A stretch of 64,000 nt of DNA from Styela clava. Its lineage: Eukaryota. Shown here piece by piece: positions 25,548 to 39,275 of the stretch (positions within the stretch are counted from its first letter, which is position 1; every line of letters starts with the position of its first letter). Position numbers and translations under genes: made by a program. The notes beneath the pieces are model-generated. The model did no database searches and had not been told where the DNA came from. It saw nothing but the letters and a program-made list of their open reading frames with translations. The stretch covers positions 21,446,199 to 21,510,198 of the forward strand of contig NC_135254.1 in the NCBI RefSeq assembly GCF_964204865.1, given 5' to 3'.

Positions 25548-26365
25548 TTGAAATGGAGAGAATTTTGAATAGTGAAGCATATTCTGCATCATTTTCTCTA
25601 AAAATTCTTTTTCTTTCTTTAAAAATGAAATTATTATTTCACATATCAGGATCAAGAAAAAATACATCGTTCACGAAAAGTAAACATTGTTTTAGGTGAA
25701 TTTTCGATGGAAATTCGTATCACAATCAGTGCGAATATGGCATAATTGTCAATAATAATACCCATGTTCAAGTTCAATATATCATCCAATGTAACGGATA
25801 CAGACACAATACAACGGACACCTCGACGTAAAAATAAACATTTCCGTATACTGAATAATAGCCCTAATATATAATAGGAACGCTAATAATAATTGCATGT
25901 AATAATTTCTTCATGACATATTTTACATGTAAAGCAGTTATAACATTTAAGAAAACAAGTGATACTTTATATGGACATATTACACCCCTCATAGTTTTGA
26001 AATCATTATTTTCTGTTCTTTATTTCTTGCAAGCTGTAAATATAATGGAAATTGTAAAAAACAAAGAACAATGAATTCAATGAATAACTCGAGGTCTGCT
26101 GCTGGGGCAACAGTTCTCAGTGTGTTATATGAACTTAATAACTGGTTCAACGTAGCGGCAAAAGTGCAGGATTTCATATAGCAAGTTTATATCGGGTCAC
26201 TGATATTAGTTATACACGCAATTACCCAGTTTTCTATTTATATATAGCTTGAGTGTCATAACTTGCTTTGCCAGGTAATCAAATTACATTTCTATTATTC
26301 TGCTACATTTATATTTTACTTCATATAGCTTTGTCCACAATGGCCCATTTTTTTTTGTTTTAGAC

Positions 26366-26650
26366 CAGTGATTCTCAAACGGTGGGGCGCGCCCCGCGAG
26401 GGGAGGGGGGCGTGGACAATTTTTTGCAGGGACATGAAGCAAAATAAAAATATTTGTAATATTTGATCTTGCCCGCCTCATTTTGGATATTTAAGTTCCA
26501 TCCATTTTCAACGTGTTTCTTGAATAAGACATATTTTCGCTTTACTGTCTGTTATTTTTAGCTCATTGTTAGCTAGTTATTTTAAGGTGGGCGCGAGACC
26601 TGACAAATTCTAAAAAAGGGGTCGCGGCTTAAAAATTTGAGAATCACTTG
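26366..26650. mobile_element. hAT-type MITE, about 285 bp
   Basis: TIR CAGTGATTCTCAAAC at 26366; its inverse ...TTTGAGAATCACTTG ends at 26650. Flanking 8-mers TTTTAGAC and TTTTATAC (7/8). Confidence 0.6.
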
Positions 26651-26767
26651 TTTTATACTTTTCATCAACATAGCAACGCAAAAAATAAAATTGTACACAT
26701 TACAAATTTTAGAATTTTTTTTATTGTAAATTCTGCATGTACCGACTAAAAACAAAGATATACTTAC

Positions 26768-26950
26768 GAACACATTTTGGTGGGTCTGGATCCCAGTTTA
26801 CTGATATTAATCCATTAGCTGTGCAAGTAACCGGCGAGGTACCCTCCAGCAAAAAGCCTTCATCACACGTACAGGTGGCTTCTGCTCCAACGCGGGGAGA
26901 AGTGTATGTACACGTACCATGTTCGATAACAATATCGGCACACCCAATTC
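26768..26950 (-). CDS. Sushi/CCP-repeat gene, exon encoding a complete CCP domain
   Basis: Minus-strand acceptor TTTTAG|GAATTGG. Encodes (R)IGCADIVIEHGTCTYTSPRVGAEATCTCDEGFLLEGTSPVTCTANGLISVNWDPDPPKCV. Donor C|GTAAGT, phase 1. The gene continues to lower coordinates; those exons were not resolved. Confidence 0.65.
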
Positions 26951-27469
26951 CTAAAAGTAGAATTTAGGATTTAGCTGAAACATGAACAGGAACGAGAGGA
27001 ATTAAAAATAAATTTAACATAGTATATATAATATTCACACTAACGACGTATGTTACGCTATTTATGTTTATGCTAAAATAAAGAAAAAATTGTTTGCTTT
27101 GGTGAATTTTCTATTATCACGCTCAAAGTAGTGTTGTCTCGAATTGTTCCAAGTGTCGTGTCTCTAATATAGATTGAAATTACAGTCGTTAATTTTAAAC
27201 ATATTATATAGCTCCAACACTTACTGTTTCCTTGGGTAGGAGACATGTGGATGTATGTGCTTAGAAAATCAAAAACCAGGATCTATTAGATATAATGCAA
27301 TGGCCGTTTATGGAGAGATTTTTAATACCGTATCAGTACGTATTGATAAATAATTGTCTTTTTCTTCGATAAAGTAGAATTTACCAATTTTCAATTTGCT
27401 TTTTCAGAGCGGCAAAGGTCATTTTATCATAATTGCATACTTGGAACGATAAAAATACAAAAAACTCAC

Positions 27470-27682
27470 TTTCACAAACTGGTTGGTTCCATCCGTCAAA
27501 GCACCATTCTGTGGCATATGTTGTACTGGAGAAAATGCAAGTGGCTTTCTGAGAACGTTGTAGTTCGTACGATGAATCACACGAAAAGGTGCACACGGTT
27601 TCCAGTGGGTAAGGACTCGTAGCTATACCACAATCATACGTAACTCCAATGGCGTCAAGGTCGGCCGCGGCACAAGTAAATA
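27470..27682 (-). CDS. Sushi/CCP-repeat gene, exon encoding a CCP domain
   Basis: Minus-strand acceptor AATTTCAG|TA. Encodes (V)FTCAAADLDAIGVTYDCGIATSPYPLETVCTFSCDSSYELQRSQKATCIFSSTTYATEWCFDGWNQPVCE. Donor A|GTGAGT, phase 1. It is phase-compatible with exon 1 and with the next exon. Confidence 0.65.
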
Positions 27683-29274
27683 CTGAAATTGAAATTGTTG
27701 AATTAAAAAATCAAGAGATCGATGCTCAAATATATGGACACGCAAACCAAAACGAAGTAGTACAGATTATCAGATTTGGCACCGTAGTCTATTGTAATCC
27801 ATAAAAAATATTTCGACTTTCGTTAGGCACGAGATCCGCCGACTATCGCTGAGCACAAGATACGCGGGCGCGGAACCAATGCAATTAATTTTCAATTTAG
27901 TTGAGGTCACCACACAAAACATTAGAATTTAGATTTTAGATAGACAAACGAATCCCACGGAGCCTACAGAAAATTTTGAAAACAATAAAAGTAATAGCTT
28001 TGTAGCGAAAAATACAATCTTCAACCAATGAAAATACCAAAGCAATTGGTTCATTAATAAATGCGAAAAGCGAGTTTGTTACACGGTAACGACAAGAACA
28101 TGAGAGCGATGCTCGAACATATGGGAACGGAGACCAAATGGAGCCGCTCGAGAGAGGTCGCAGAACCGCTAAAAATAATTTTTCTTATTTTGAATAGGTC
28201 ACAACACGAAATTCCGAGTGAAAAATTAATCACATAAGGGCAACAGAAATTTTGGAAATAAATAAAAATAATAGTCTTCTAGCGAAAAATGCAATCTTTA
28301 GCCACTGAAAACTTCATAACAATTGGTCAAGTAGTCAATGAGAAACGCGATCTTTTCAAAACAACAAGTAGTGAAATACCAACAACAGCAACATAAAACC
28401 AAAACGTTCAATATGTTATGCTTCGTGTCCAACAACAACAACATAATAATAACAAAACGATTCATATGTACACTTCCTGTCTAATAAGGGCACGAAAAAG
28501 AATTCCAACAACAATGTAATATTAAAACGATCAATCGGCCAATAATAACCAAACGATCCGTATATATGTAGGCTACATTTCGTGTCAACAACTATGGCAT
28601 TATTATCCGATGAAACAATTAATGTCTATCCAAATAAGAATACCTCCGAATATATAAAATTTAGTATCGGTGAGATTATTTACAATAAATTTAAGCAAAG
28701 TACCCGTTCAGCAGGTTATCCAGAGTAGTTGAAAGTGATGTTCGAACTTAGACCCAATTTATCACGTTTTAAAAACTAATGACTATTCTCGTTGGACACG
28801 AAATGGATCGATCTGCTAAATTTTTGTTGTTATTAGTCCTATTGGAATTGCTAGAGGTATTTTAATTTTATTATTATTTTGTGTGGGGGAGGCCAGGGTT
28901 ACTGGCGATGTACTGAAATAAAAGTACTCAAAGTCTCTTTTCTCCGAAACGACTGTGCCAATTTCAATTTTCAGTACTTGATGATGAGACCAAAATAGCC
29001 ACGCCATATGATTAACACTATTTATAAAAAACAATTCGGAGATCTCCTACAATGAAATGATTGATATGAGGATGGGGATTAATAACAATAATACCAGGAC
29101 GCCTAGTATTGTGGTATAAAAACAGAAAGAGAGCTGATTATATAATGATTGACTCTAATTGACGAACAAATGGTGATTTCGGAATTAATTGGTTATTATG
29201 GAAAAAAATTCTTTTTTGAATATTCACATTTTATAATCAACCACAAAAAATCTAAACTCATTTCTTTTTGCTTT

Positions 29275-29662
29275 ATCCCGATCTCAAACTAGTATAAACT
29301 AGCGCAATAGACACGTTTTTACAACCCAATAATGAAACGAGAATATCGGTTGGAAACCGAAGACTTATCGATCGATAGTTAGGGAATCCCCCAAAACAGA
29401 AATTGCAGTTTCGATTCATCCGCTCTTGTAACTTGCGCACTGCGCATCGCACACACACACTCGGCGGGTTTCAAAATTCTCTCGCTTTACAAAAATCTAG
29501 ATCACTATATCAATAATTGATTGATAACTCGCTAATTATACGACATAATTCGCCCAAAATCAATAGGCTTCTGGTCCGAGATAAGATGAATGCACATGCA
29601 AAATCTGGAGCAGATTCAATCTCGCTTTCGTGAGATATCGCGTGCATCTAACAGACACACAC

Positions 29663-29693
<31 letters not shown>

Positions 29694-29760
29694 TACAGAC
29701 AAATACCTATCAATATACTTACCGATCTTAAGATCGATAAGTAATAAACGACAGTCCAGT
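29275..29760 (-). repeat. Dispersed repeat copy B (inverted relative to 10958-11345), with an expanded (ACAG/GTCT)n microsatellite
   Basis: Reverse complement matches copy A over its whole length. (ACAG)n at 29650-29700. Lies in intron 1 of the sushi gene. Confidence 0.7.
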
Positions 29761-29855
29761 GCACAGACATAATTATAATACTGTGAGAAGCTAAATTGTA
29801 AGCATTTACTTAATGCAAAGTCCAAAAACTATTATGTGACTATATACGCTCTTAC

Positions 29856-30114
29856 CTTCACAAGCACGAGGGCAGTCTCCTGTCCATTGGTCATCGCTGC
29901 CGCAAGTTAAAGAAGAACCACCTTGGAAATCACCAGTAGTACAAACAAATGAACATACTGTGCCAGGAGTAAGGGCACATGGATTGTTATCGGATGTTTG
30001 AAGGTTAGGAATGGTGCCATCAGTTAGGCCCGTAATATCACCTGCGGGACAATCAGACCACACCCCCGTCAAGCTGACTATCAACAAAAGCACTGAAATT
30101 ACATTAAAGAACAA
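29856..30114 (-). CDS. Sushi/CCP-repeat gene exon 1: start codon, signal peptide and Cys-rich N-terminal module
   Basis: MFFNVISVLLLIVSLTGVWS is a signal peptide; DCPAGDITGLTDGTIPNLQTSDNNPCALTPGTVCSFVCTTGDFQGGSSLTCGSDDQWTGDCPRACE follows. Donor GAAG|GTAAGA, phase 1. Confidence 0.55.
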
Positions 30115-32309
30115 TCATGATGAGACCAGATAATATATTTGCGAGTATATCCAATTAAACAAGCGCTTGTGATGTTTTGTTTAGTCAGCCTAGCCGTAAA
30201 TTTTTTCTGTTATAAACAAACATTCCGAAAAACGTTTATTAATTAACCCCATTTCGAGGGTGAACTAGATATTCAGGCGCTCAATTTTTTCTCCATTGTT
30301 ATATATATTACAACATGGTCTTTTTGTATTGCAAAAACATTTTACTCGTTTGTTTCGTCTGTTACTCGTTTAAAATGAACATTTATAACTAAGAATTGAT
30401 TAGGTTTCAAGTCTGACATAAATAAGCTGAGTAAAAAAAGTTTCGTCCAACACACCAAAACTATCAATAAAATTATTAGGTTAAATAAAATGTATTTAGC
30501 TCTTATTTCCCGTGCCATTTGAACGCTCTGTTTTTTAAAAAAAGGGACATAATTTAGAAAATTGCTTACAAGTTTTGATTTCGTTTCGGAGAGCTTTCAT
30601 GTCCATTTCACTTTCTACTAAATATGTTCCCGTTCAGTCGTCAGTTAGTTGCGCAAAAACATTAGATTGCCAGTTGCCAATCAGGTCTCACTGATATTCG
30701 TTGCTATGATGGAAATTATACTCAGGAATAAACCCGGAAATAAGCGATGAAATATCTTTCCGACAAGATGGAAATTTTTCAATGGAGCGGAGGAATGACT
30801 AATAATATATGATACGCTTCTGCTTCAATAAAATTCTCAGTAATTGAACTGAGCTTAATAAACACTATGCTGCTACAAACGCTTGCCTACGTTAATTTAA
30901 ATTCTTGTCGCTGTACCAACATACACGATATTATTAAACAATTCAACTTATATCTTATGTTACGAGAACATGTTATTACTTCCCATGGAGTCTATGTTTA
31001 GTGATTTCAGTTGCCATATTTCTGTTTGTTGTAAATTAAATTTGTGAAATCAAAGGTAAATCGAAAGAGTGTTTACAATCATCTCAAATTTCGATATTTT
31101 TGGAAAAGAAGAGCATACATTTTGTTTTCGTAAGAGCTTAGGATTGTAGGTAACTCTTGTGTCTGCGATTTGTCCAGCGCAATATGATAAAGCACGTTTC
31201 GCGTGGAATAAATATATTTGAGAAGCGAGTATTTAATGTTCTACTTCGGGAGCATTGTGGATAGGGGGCGACATAGGGTCGATATACAAATTTGAGTTCG
31301 TTTGATACCTCATATTCCATACTTAGTCTATAACTGATAATTTAGTTCCACTGGACATAAAGTGGTCCTATCGGACATTATTTCGCATTTGCTATTTCAT
31401 TCTCATTCATGAGAACAATTTTATATGAACTATGGGAACGTTTTCATACGACATTGTCCACATATTTTAGCATCGTTGTCTTATTTTTTGTTCATTTTTT
31501 TCACAATATTTATTACATGGTTATGCAGCCAGCATGTCAAAAAGCTCAGCGCATAAACTATTATCATCTTTATACTGCTGTGCTTGTGTATTGGGTGGTT
31601 AACAGGTTGTTGTTTCTCATTTTCGAAATTGTGTATGATAAATATTTTCGCTGTGAAAAAGTGAATATCATTTTCTTTTTCGATTTATATACAACATCTC
31701 GCTCTACATGGTCCAAAATAAGAACGTAAAAATAGTGACAAAACTGCTTACTAACGAGCTGAGCCAAGAAGCAAATGTCTACTCAGCACAGCATAAGTCC
31801 AAACTCTAAATCACCATCGTGCAGAGAAGCTTGACCCAGTTTAAAATATCAATACTTAGTAATTAAATAACAAATAAAGTAATTATGCAATAACATCGAA
31901 TAAACCACTCGGCATAATTAAAGCTGACAAACAATTTTTGTTATTATGATTAAACATTGCTTTATGGCAACTTTGAAATACAGTCAAAGTACGGGTCACA
32001 ATTATGCTCTACACAGCATACTCCCTGCCAATTATAGGTTCCATACCGTTTGTCACAAAATTTCGACTGAAGTAGTTTGGATAGTTTTATTTTCAGGATT
32101 ATTTTTGGACCGCCTCTTTATCAGTTTCGATTTGTTATATATTTAAAATATGATAAATCCATGGATATTGCTCATAGTCATACATATTTGAAAACCCATC
32201 TCCTTTGATACTTCCTATCAATATCCTGGCTATTACTGTGAGGATGTCGTTTAATGGAGATTATTAACTTGATTTGTTTTAAGTCCTCGAGTTTTCTATA
32301 TATACATGT

Positions 32310-32510
32310 TATGGTGACCGTACATTTGAACCCACGTACATTTGAACCCATGCGTATATCCACGGGTTCAATCTATATGCGGGTGCTAAAACCCATGGGT
32401 TAGGGTTAGTATGGGTTTAACTATCCGTGAAACAAAAAAAATTCCATAGGTGCAATAGCATACAGGTGCAATTGTCATGGGTTCAAATGTACGTGGGTTC
32501 AAATGTAATG
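32310..32510. mobile_element. MITE of about 200 bp with roughly 27-bp TIRs
   Basis: ACATTTGAACCCACGTACATTTGAACCCATG at 32320 and its inverse CATGGGTTCAAATGTACGTGGGTTCAAATGT at 32475-32505. Confidence 0.55.
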
Positions 32511-33892
32511 GAACCACATGTTATATATATATAATATGTATTTATACAGCTTTTCTTGCGTCAGTGGTAGTTTGTAATGTTTTTGTATTTTTCTAGTTTC
32601 TACATTTTCTAGTTGAAAACTTGGATTATGCTTTAAACAATTGTATGGAACTCTAAGTCTGTATGTTCGTGTTCATAGCATTTCCATGCAGTCACAAGGT
32701 ATACTAATTCAAAATAACAAGCGTATTCACGATGCGCGTTGCTGGCTTTGCGTTTTATTGGAACTTAGATCGGGAAATCATGACCTCATGTGTAATTGCA
32801 AAAGAAAACTCACTACATTTTATGGGAGTATGCTGCTTGATTTTACACTGTTGTGTCAAGCATTCAGTTTGATGGATCGTATTAAACCGAAAATATAGTA
32901 TGCTACTCCCGAATTCCACAAGCACTGCGTAACCTACGATACTTTTCGATCGCATTTAAACTGCGAAAAAGAGTATCGAATCATTCTAAACTATCCAGTA
33001 GTGTGATTGCTTTTGTACATTACGATCAGTATCGAAAGATAGGTTTTTCCAGTTGTTGAAACTATTTATTGACCGTTGTCCTGTTAGCGCACATACTTGA
33101 ACCCGTTGTTTCTAAATATTCCCATAGCATGGTCTTAAATAACAATGTAAATGGAATAATTATGTACATTGTACACTTTTGATTAATAAAAAGGTAACAA
33201 CTCTTGCGTGAAAATATTATTGAAAGAGACGGTAATTTAAACAACATATTTAAAACATTTTTATATGATATAACGACATCAATAAATGAGATTGAAGTAC
33301 AGGAAAAACTTCAAAGACTGGGTCAGGTGCCGACTGCCGATCGCTATATCAAATCACGAAATCATTAGGTATCAAAACTCTTCTGCATGTTGCGCAGTAT
33401 TCTTTGCTATATTATTTCCATGAATTTTATGCGATTGTGCATCGGGATACAGCCTGATTTTAATTAAGGGAGGCTATGTACGTAGAAAAATTTATTTAAA
33501 AAATTTATATATGACAATATCCAAGCATCTGCATAAAATTCGCTAGGACTCAAATTCATCATTATACTACGGAGATTTATTGATGGTATGTATACAGGAT
33601 GGAAGCCAATCTGCATTTGAAATCGTATAAATTTTAAACGGAATTTTGCTTGAAGATATTAATCTTTCATCAAATTTGAATATTTTTAGGCATGGGTGTG
33701 GGCTGTATACAGTGGTGGGATTCAATTTTTTTGTCAGCCGGTTCCATCACACAGGTCATATTTTTTGGCCGGTTCTGTTATATGTTTTTTAGTAATTCTA
33801 ACCGGTTCGCTGATCTCACAAAATTCCGCGAGACGGTTCTATAGAACTGGTGCGAACCGGCTGAATCTCACTACTGGCTGTATACCCTACTG

Positions 33893-34331
33893 CAGGGGTC
33901 GACAACCGTTTGTCGCTCGTGGGCCAAAATTAAGGTTGCAAGTCATTGGCCCGCACATATTTTTAGAAAGTTGAAAAACCGAACGGATGGTACTTTTCAT
34001 AATAATATCAAGCAGTGATACATCTCTCGAATAGAGTATAGATTTATTTCCTCATTGCATATCATAAAATTCCATTTGAATATTATCAGCGCCATTGAAC
34101 CCTTTGCACTTAGCATCAACTTTTCTGCGTTTTGTTGCCATTTGCCTAATTATAATTAAATTATATGCTCATTAAACGAGTAATTGTGAATTATATAACT
34201 GTTAGGTTATAATATAACTTAGTCTAAAGAATATATTTGTCAAAACGGATGTTTTGTTACTATAATTTAGTGAAGCGTCGCGGGCCGGATTATAGTGCTC
34301 CGCGGGCCGGGCCGTAGGTTGCCGACCCCTG
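33893..34331. mobile_element. hAT-type MITE, about 440 bp, with a perfect 8-bp TSD
   Basis: TIR CAGGGGTCGACAACC at 33893; its inverse GGTTGCCGACCCCTG ends at 34331. Flanked by identical CCCTACTG (33885-33892 and 34332-34339). Confidence 0.75.
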
Positions 34332-37300
34332 CCCTACTGCTTATGGACTCCCGAGTCGACTGGAAAAAATTACCATAGCAAATTCAGTAGGCGGTAACTG
34401 TAAGTTATTATAATGCAACAGAGTCGCGATCACAGAGTGTTATTGCATTGTAAGATTTTTATTGGGCAACACTTTTATAACATTAAAATGATTGCTCGAC
34501 AAAATTCCGCCAAGTCAAGTATTTCGTGTTACTTTATACTGAGCTCATATATTCTAATTCGACATAATGCTGACGTGACTGGATCGGGGACCTTTGGCTC
34601 CTGCCATTATTCAATATGGTGTCTAGGTTAACAATTTTCACGTCGCAGTTTCGGATATTTTTTGTAAAAGAGATATTACTAATTGCTAATTAAAACATTG
34701 TGGACATTGGTCTTAATCGACATCGGCCCAGTTCCAGGAGCATAAAAATGTCTTTGTTATGCGGCGTGACCGATGGACGAGAATTTTATTGCTTACTTGG
34801 GATGCTAAACTTTCATTGTTTTTGTCGGGATGCTTCTTTATTCATTTTGTTCGTATTGCGGGACCCCCTGGGGTTGACGATCTCGGAAGCGTATCACGCT
34901 AAGAAGTTTCCCGCAGCTTTAATGATTTATTCATAAACGCAGTGTCGCGCTCTCCTTTTCTCTGAAGGAATCGTAAAGTGCGTTGCTCTCCCTCTGCGGT
35001 ATTGGTTCGTTATTGAGACTCAGCGCTTTAAATACAGCTTCGATAAACGTTGTGAAATCAGAAGTAAGTTTAAAACCTCAAAGGTGGCTGTTGGCTGTTC
35101 GAACCTGTGCAGGCGAAACGAAACCATGCACATCGAAGTGATTATAAGAAGAATGAACATTTTTGTGGATCTTTATGATATTCCGAGGTAAGAAGGTATG
35201 ACAACATGTTGTCATTAAACATAGTTAGAAGGCGGTATCATAGTACTGTAGTCTGTAGTGTATGATTTCTAGGGCAGATATTTCATGTTCAGTTTCCATT
35301 TGTAATTCATTTTCATTCTCGTTTCATTTCGGTAATCAGTTAGTAAAGAAAACTTAGACATTTTCTTCGATATCATCACAAATATCAAATTGATAAAACT
35401 TCTGGGTTCCGTGAATCTCTTCCACAAAATACCCGGACAGTTTTGGTGTCATCATTTGTCATTTATTCAATATATACAAGATAAGTAGATCGTATTGTTC
35501 TTTTTGTTAACAACCTCATCATGTTCTTAAATTTGTTGACAATATTCAGATCATTTATCAAGTATAATAACTTGCAGCAAACCACCATTAATGTGTTCAC
35601 TTGCTTAAAACGAAATGCCAATTTCAGTGTAAAAGTTCGTACGTTGTTCATTGTTTGAAAGTCTCGAAGTTGAGAGCGTTTCTGCCTCTAGCCGACTGGA
35701 CGTGATTAATATAACAAATAAAAATATCCCTGTAAACAGTACGATAAAAAACGTCGACATAGCTATATCTTTCAACACTGGCAATATTATTCATACAAAG
35801 AACAGAGACCGAATATATATTTTTGCCCTGTTTTATTATTGACTGTAAACGGGATTCAGAATCAGTGTTTCTTACTCATTCGGCATTAATAATTTATCCC
35901 ACTGCACTGGTCGATGGTACTATTCTGCTAAGATCAGTAACGTAGTGGGGACATTTGCTGTATAATATTGCGAACTTCTGGCCACATATAACTAATCCAT
36001 TTCTATTCGCAGGGTCGGGTTATTCCCAGTTTCTGAGTTTGGTATTCATCAATGAAAGCATATCAGAAAATTTTGAAGTTTGAATGAGGATGAGTTGTTG
36101 GAAATGACGAATCTAAGACAGCATCTGTACAGGTACAAATGCCTTTGTGAATTGATTTAAAGATGTGATTTAAACTGTAGTACGTCCGTACGTTGAAAAT
36201 TATAATAAAACTGTGGTGGCTACTAATCTTTTGACTTTGACTATCAACATCATTGAATATTGCTGTTGAATTTGTCTGACATCATACTCACGAGAAGTTT
36301 GAATACTTTAATTAATATTAACATGGTGAGTATTAATTTGTTCACTAAACTGAGTGATGTAAATCAGTATATATGTTTAACATTGTACACTGAAACATTT
36401 CCTTATTTCTTCTACCTTTAAATCAATATTGGCCGTCGCTGTAACGGAAGCTCATTTTGACGACTGATCGATATGACTGCATCACGTTTGGACGAAAAAC
36501 AAAAATATTTTCATATTTCACGAAAATTAAATTAATCATCCAGAAATTAAACAACTCCCGAAAAATTGTTCAGTTTTTGTAAAGTAAATTGTTGACATGT
36601 TGAGAGAATCAGAACGCTAGGGTAACTGTTTTATTCTATGGTGATTCCTTATTATTCTCAGATTATTACGTCAAGAAAGGCTTCACATGTTACGTTCGCA
36701 CGTTATTTCGGAGAGGAATGTTGGTTATTAAAAATCGCAGATGGCAAAACTTTTTTATATTGTGGGCTTTGGCACGCGGAAGCTACTCAGACTAGGAAAG
36801 TTGTTAAACTTCGGATTCCACAGATTGATTTCAGTGAGAAAAATGCTCACGTCATACGTGGCCCATTGTTAGTATATACATTTACGCTTTACACACGCAT
36901 GAAATTGTACCAAATCAAATTGATGGCAGGCTAGAACTGAAAGGGAGTATCTAATAAACTAGTTTTCAACAAAGCAAAAAATGCGTTGGTTTGTTTTATC
37001 AATGGAATGATTTACACTCTCCTTTCCCGTCGTTGTACTTTACATTCGAAGCTTGATAAGTTGCCATCTTTCAAGTAAATGTTATCGCGTGGGAATTCTG
37101 AAACTTTCAAAATCTTTCAATTACAACCGCGGAATTCGTTACTGGCATGATGATTTGAAAATCCTTCCATCCGCATGTAAATCAGAATAGAGTGTTCGTT
37201 ATTATCTTCCTGGATTGTCAAGTAAATGTTGAATGCGATCTTGGCGACGGCTCCTTGATTGTCCAAACGCAATTTGTGTACCAAGTTCAAATATCACAAA

Positions 37301-39019
37301 TTGAGGTGGACATCAAAATGCCGATTCGTCGAACTCACAATTAATTTTAGAACTAAACTCACCAACGTTCAAGTTATTATTCTATCCAATTTGTAGTTTT
37401 GAATGATATACCCAAACTAAACCTTTTATTCGGTCACTGGGGGTATCAATATTATCATTTTGGAATTATAGTTCTCTGGCGCTTTTTTTTTCTTGTTCTC
37501 GTGTGATATCATTTGAAAATATATATTTTCAATAGCCCCTGCTGGTGATGTTAGAGATGATTTCGCAATGTATATCTTATAGAATATTTTGTTGAAAACG
37601 GCTTAAACGTTCCTTTAAGGCAAAAACTGTTTCAAGATTTGGAAGCGAAATCTGAAATCGAAGTGTTTACTATTTTTTTACGAGGACGAAACTTTACCTT
37701 AACTTACACACCTCTATATCCCTTGACTCATACATCTTGATTGCCTGTAAGGTAAAAAAAAATCTGTGAGAACGAACGCGCAATTAAGTAAAAAAGTTAT
37801 CTCTATGGCCAATGAATTTCATTATTCGATAATAACATATCCAGAATTTTTTTGGTTTGCCAAATTCTTTGTAAATATTTCCAGATAAACAAAATATTTT
37901 CCTGCGATTATTACCAGTTTTTTTGACAGTCGCGTCTTCAAAATCATCCGTCTATGGTTATTTTTTTCACTTTCTTCACTGTGACGTAACATTTAATATT
38001 TCAATTAAGACAACTCAAATTCCCATCCCTCGCCGTGAAGGCTCTCGAGATACAAACTGGAGATATAGACAAAAAGGGGTGAAATACAGACAGTGTTTAA
38101 CCCTTCATTCAATATCATACTATATCATCAAAACCAAAATAAAATATCACACACGTGGACAATTTACGCCAAATCCCCACATGCAGCGAAATGAGTACGG
38201 ATTCGAATACAGCTGAGCAGTCAATTAGTCACAACACAATCACAATGCTGCGTAAATGATTGGCGTTGTGTATCGTTTTCCCGTCCATATAATTCAAATA
38301 TATTGAACGAGAATGTGACCAGCCATTATCATTTAAAAATCGAATATTATTTTTCAATACACTAAATAAAAATGAAAAGTTGCAAACAGTTACGACGATG
38401 GAAAAGCGGTCCATGTTTTTAAATGAGATTACTCCATTGCACACTCTTTGTTTCCTACCGATGTAAAACCTAATGTAAAGGGGATTGCAATATCCTATTT
38501 GGTTCAGCACGCATATTGCCCCATCTATATTGAATTGTATAATAATTAGCGGAATGATGGGATATCGTTCATATTTCAATATTAAAATTCTCAAGATAAC
38601 CCATAAACACCAATCCCGAATAAAGCAGAATGAGTCATTACAAGAATAATATATAAGTCGGTCACTAATATAATCAAATTGGTAAAAACCGCGAAACGAT
38701 AACTGTGATTTCTTCCTTTGTCCTATCATCAGATTATCTTAAGGGGCATGCTATAATAATTAGTAGGGGCAGTTTTTTGCATCAATCTGGCATTTTATAT
38801 TTTCCAAATACCTTGTGTTAAATTCATGGTTTCTAATTAATTTAATCCTAATTTCTACCAGCTGGACGTTTAAAAAGTGTACAGTGGAACCCAATTGAGC
38901 ACGACATAAACACAATGCAATAAAAGTCGCAGACAAATTAGCTCGTCTTGAAGAAAACCCCTTTACCTCATTATTGCATCACTTTATGAAACCACTATAA
39001 ATAAGTTTGTAGATTGAAG

Positions 39020-39275
39020 ATGTGCTACGGGGGCGTAGCCAGAAATTTCCAAAGGGGGTTCTGCATTTTTTTTTTGCTAAGTTAGATTGAAACAGCTTGC
39101 GGGTCCGATCGAACGCTGGAATACGCGTGCTTTCAGTAGTCTTGGAGGTCTAAAAAGCATTTCAAGCTACGGAAAATTGCTATCTATGACACAGAAAATT
39201 GATTTTATTTTTTTTACATTTCAAAAGGGGGTTTCGACTCGCAAAACCATTCCCCTGGCTACGCCACTGATGTGC
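39020..39275. mobile_element. MITE, about 255 bp
   Basis: GGGGGCGTAGCCAGAAATTTCCAAAGGGGGTT at 39024 and its inverse ...AAAAGGGGGTTTCG...CCCCTGGCTACGCCAC at 39225-39272. Confidence 0.55.

Noticed and set aside
26737-26967. Plus-strand 76-aa ORF
   Set aside because: It is the antisense reading of the minus-strand sushi/CCP exon (26768-26950), whose translation gives a textbook CCP domain.
10958-29760. Outer inverted repeat pair considered as the boundaries of an 18.8 kb composite element enclosing the 12616-23347 element and both immune genes
   Set aside because: Flanks outside the two copies show no TSD or homology, the internal structure is asymmetric, and the repeat looks like an ordinary dispersed MITE or SINE family.
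36638-36934. 98-aa ORF in the sushi-hemicentin intergenic region
   Set aside because: No domain similarity or splice context. It is not excluded as a small gene but is unsupported.
38229-38729. 166-aa minus-strand ORF
   Set aside because: Low-complexity Ile/Asn/Tyr-rich translation typical of AT-rich noncoding DNA, with no splice or domain support.
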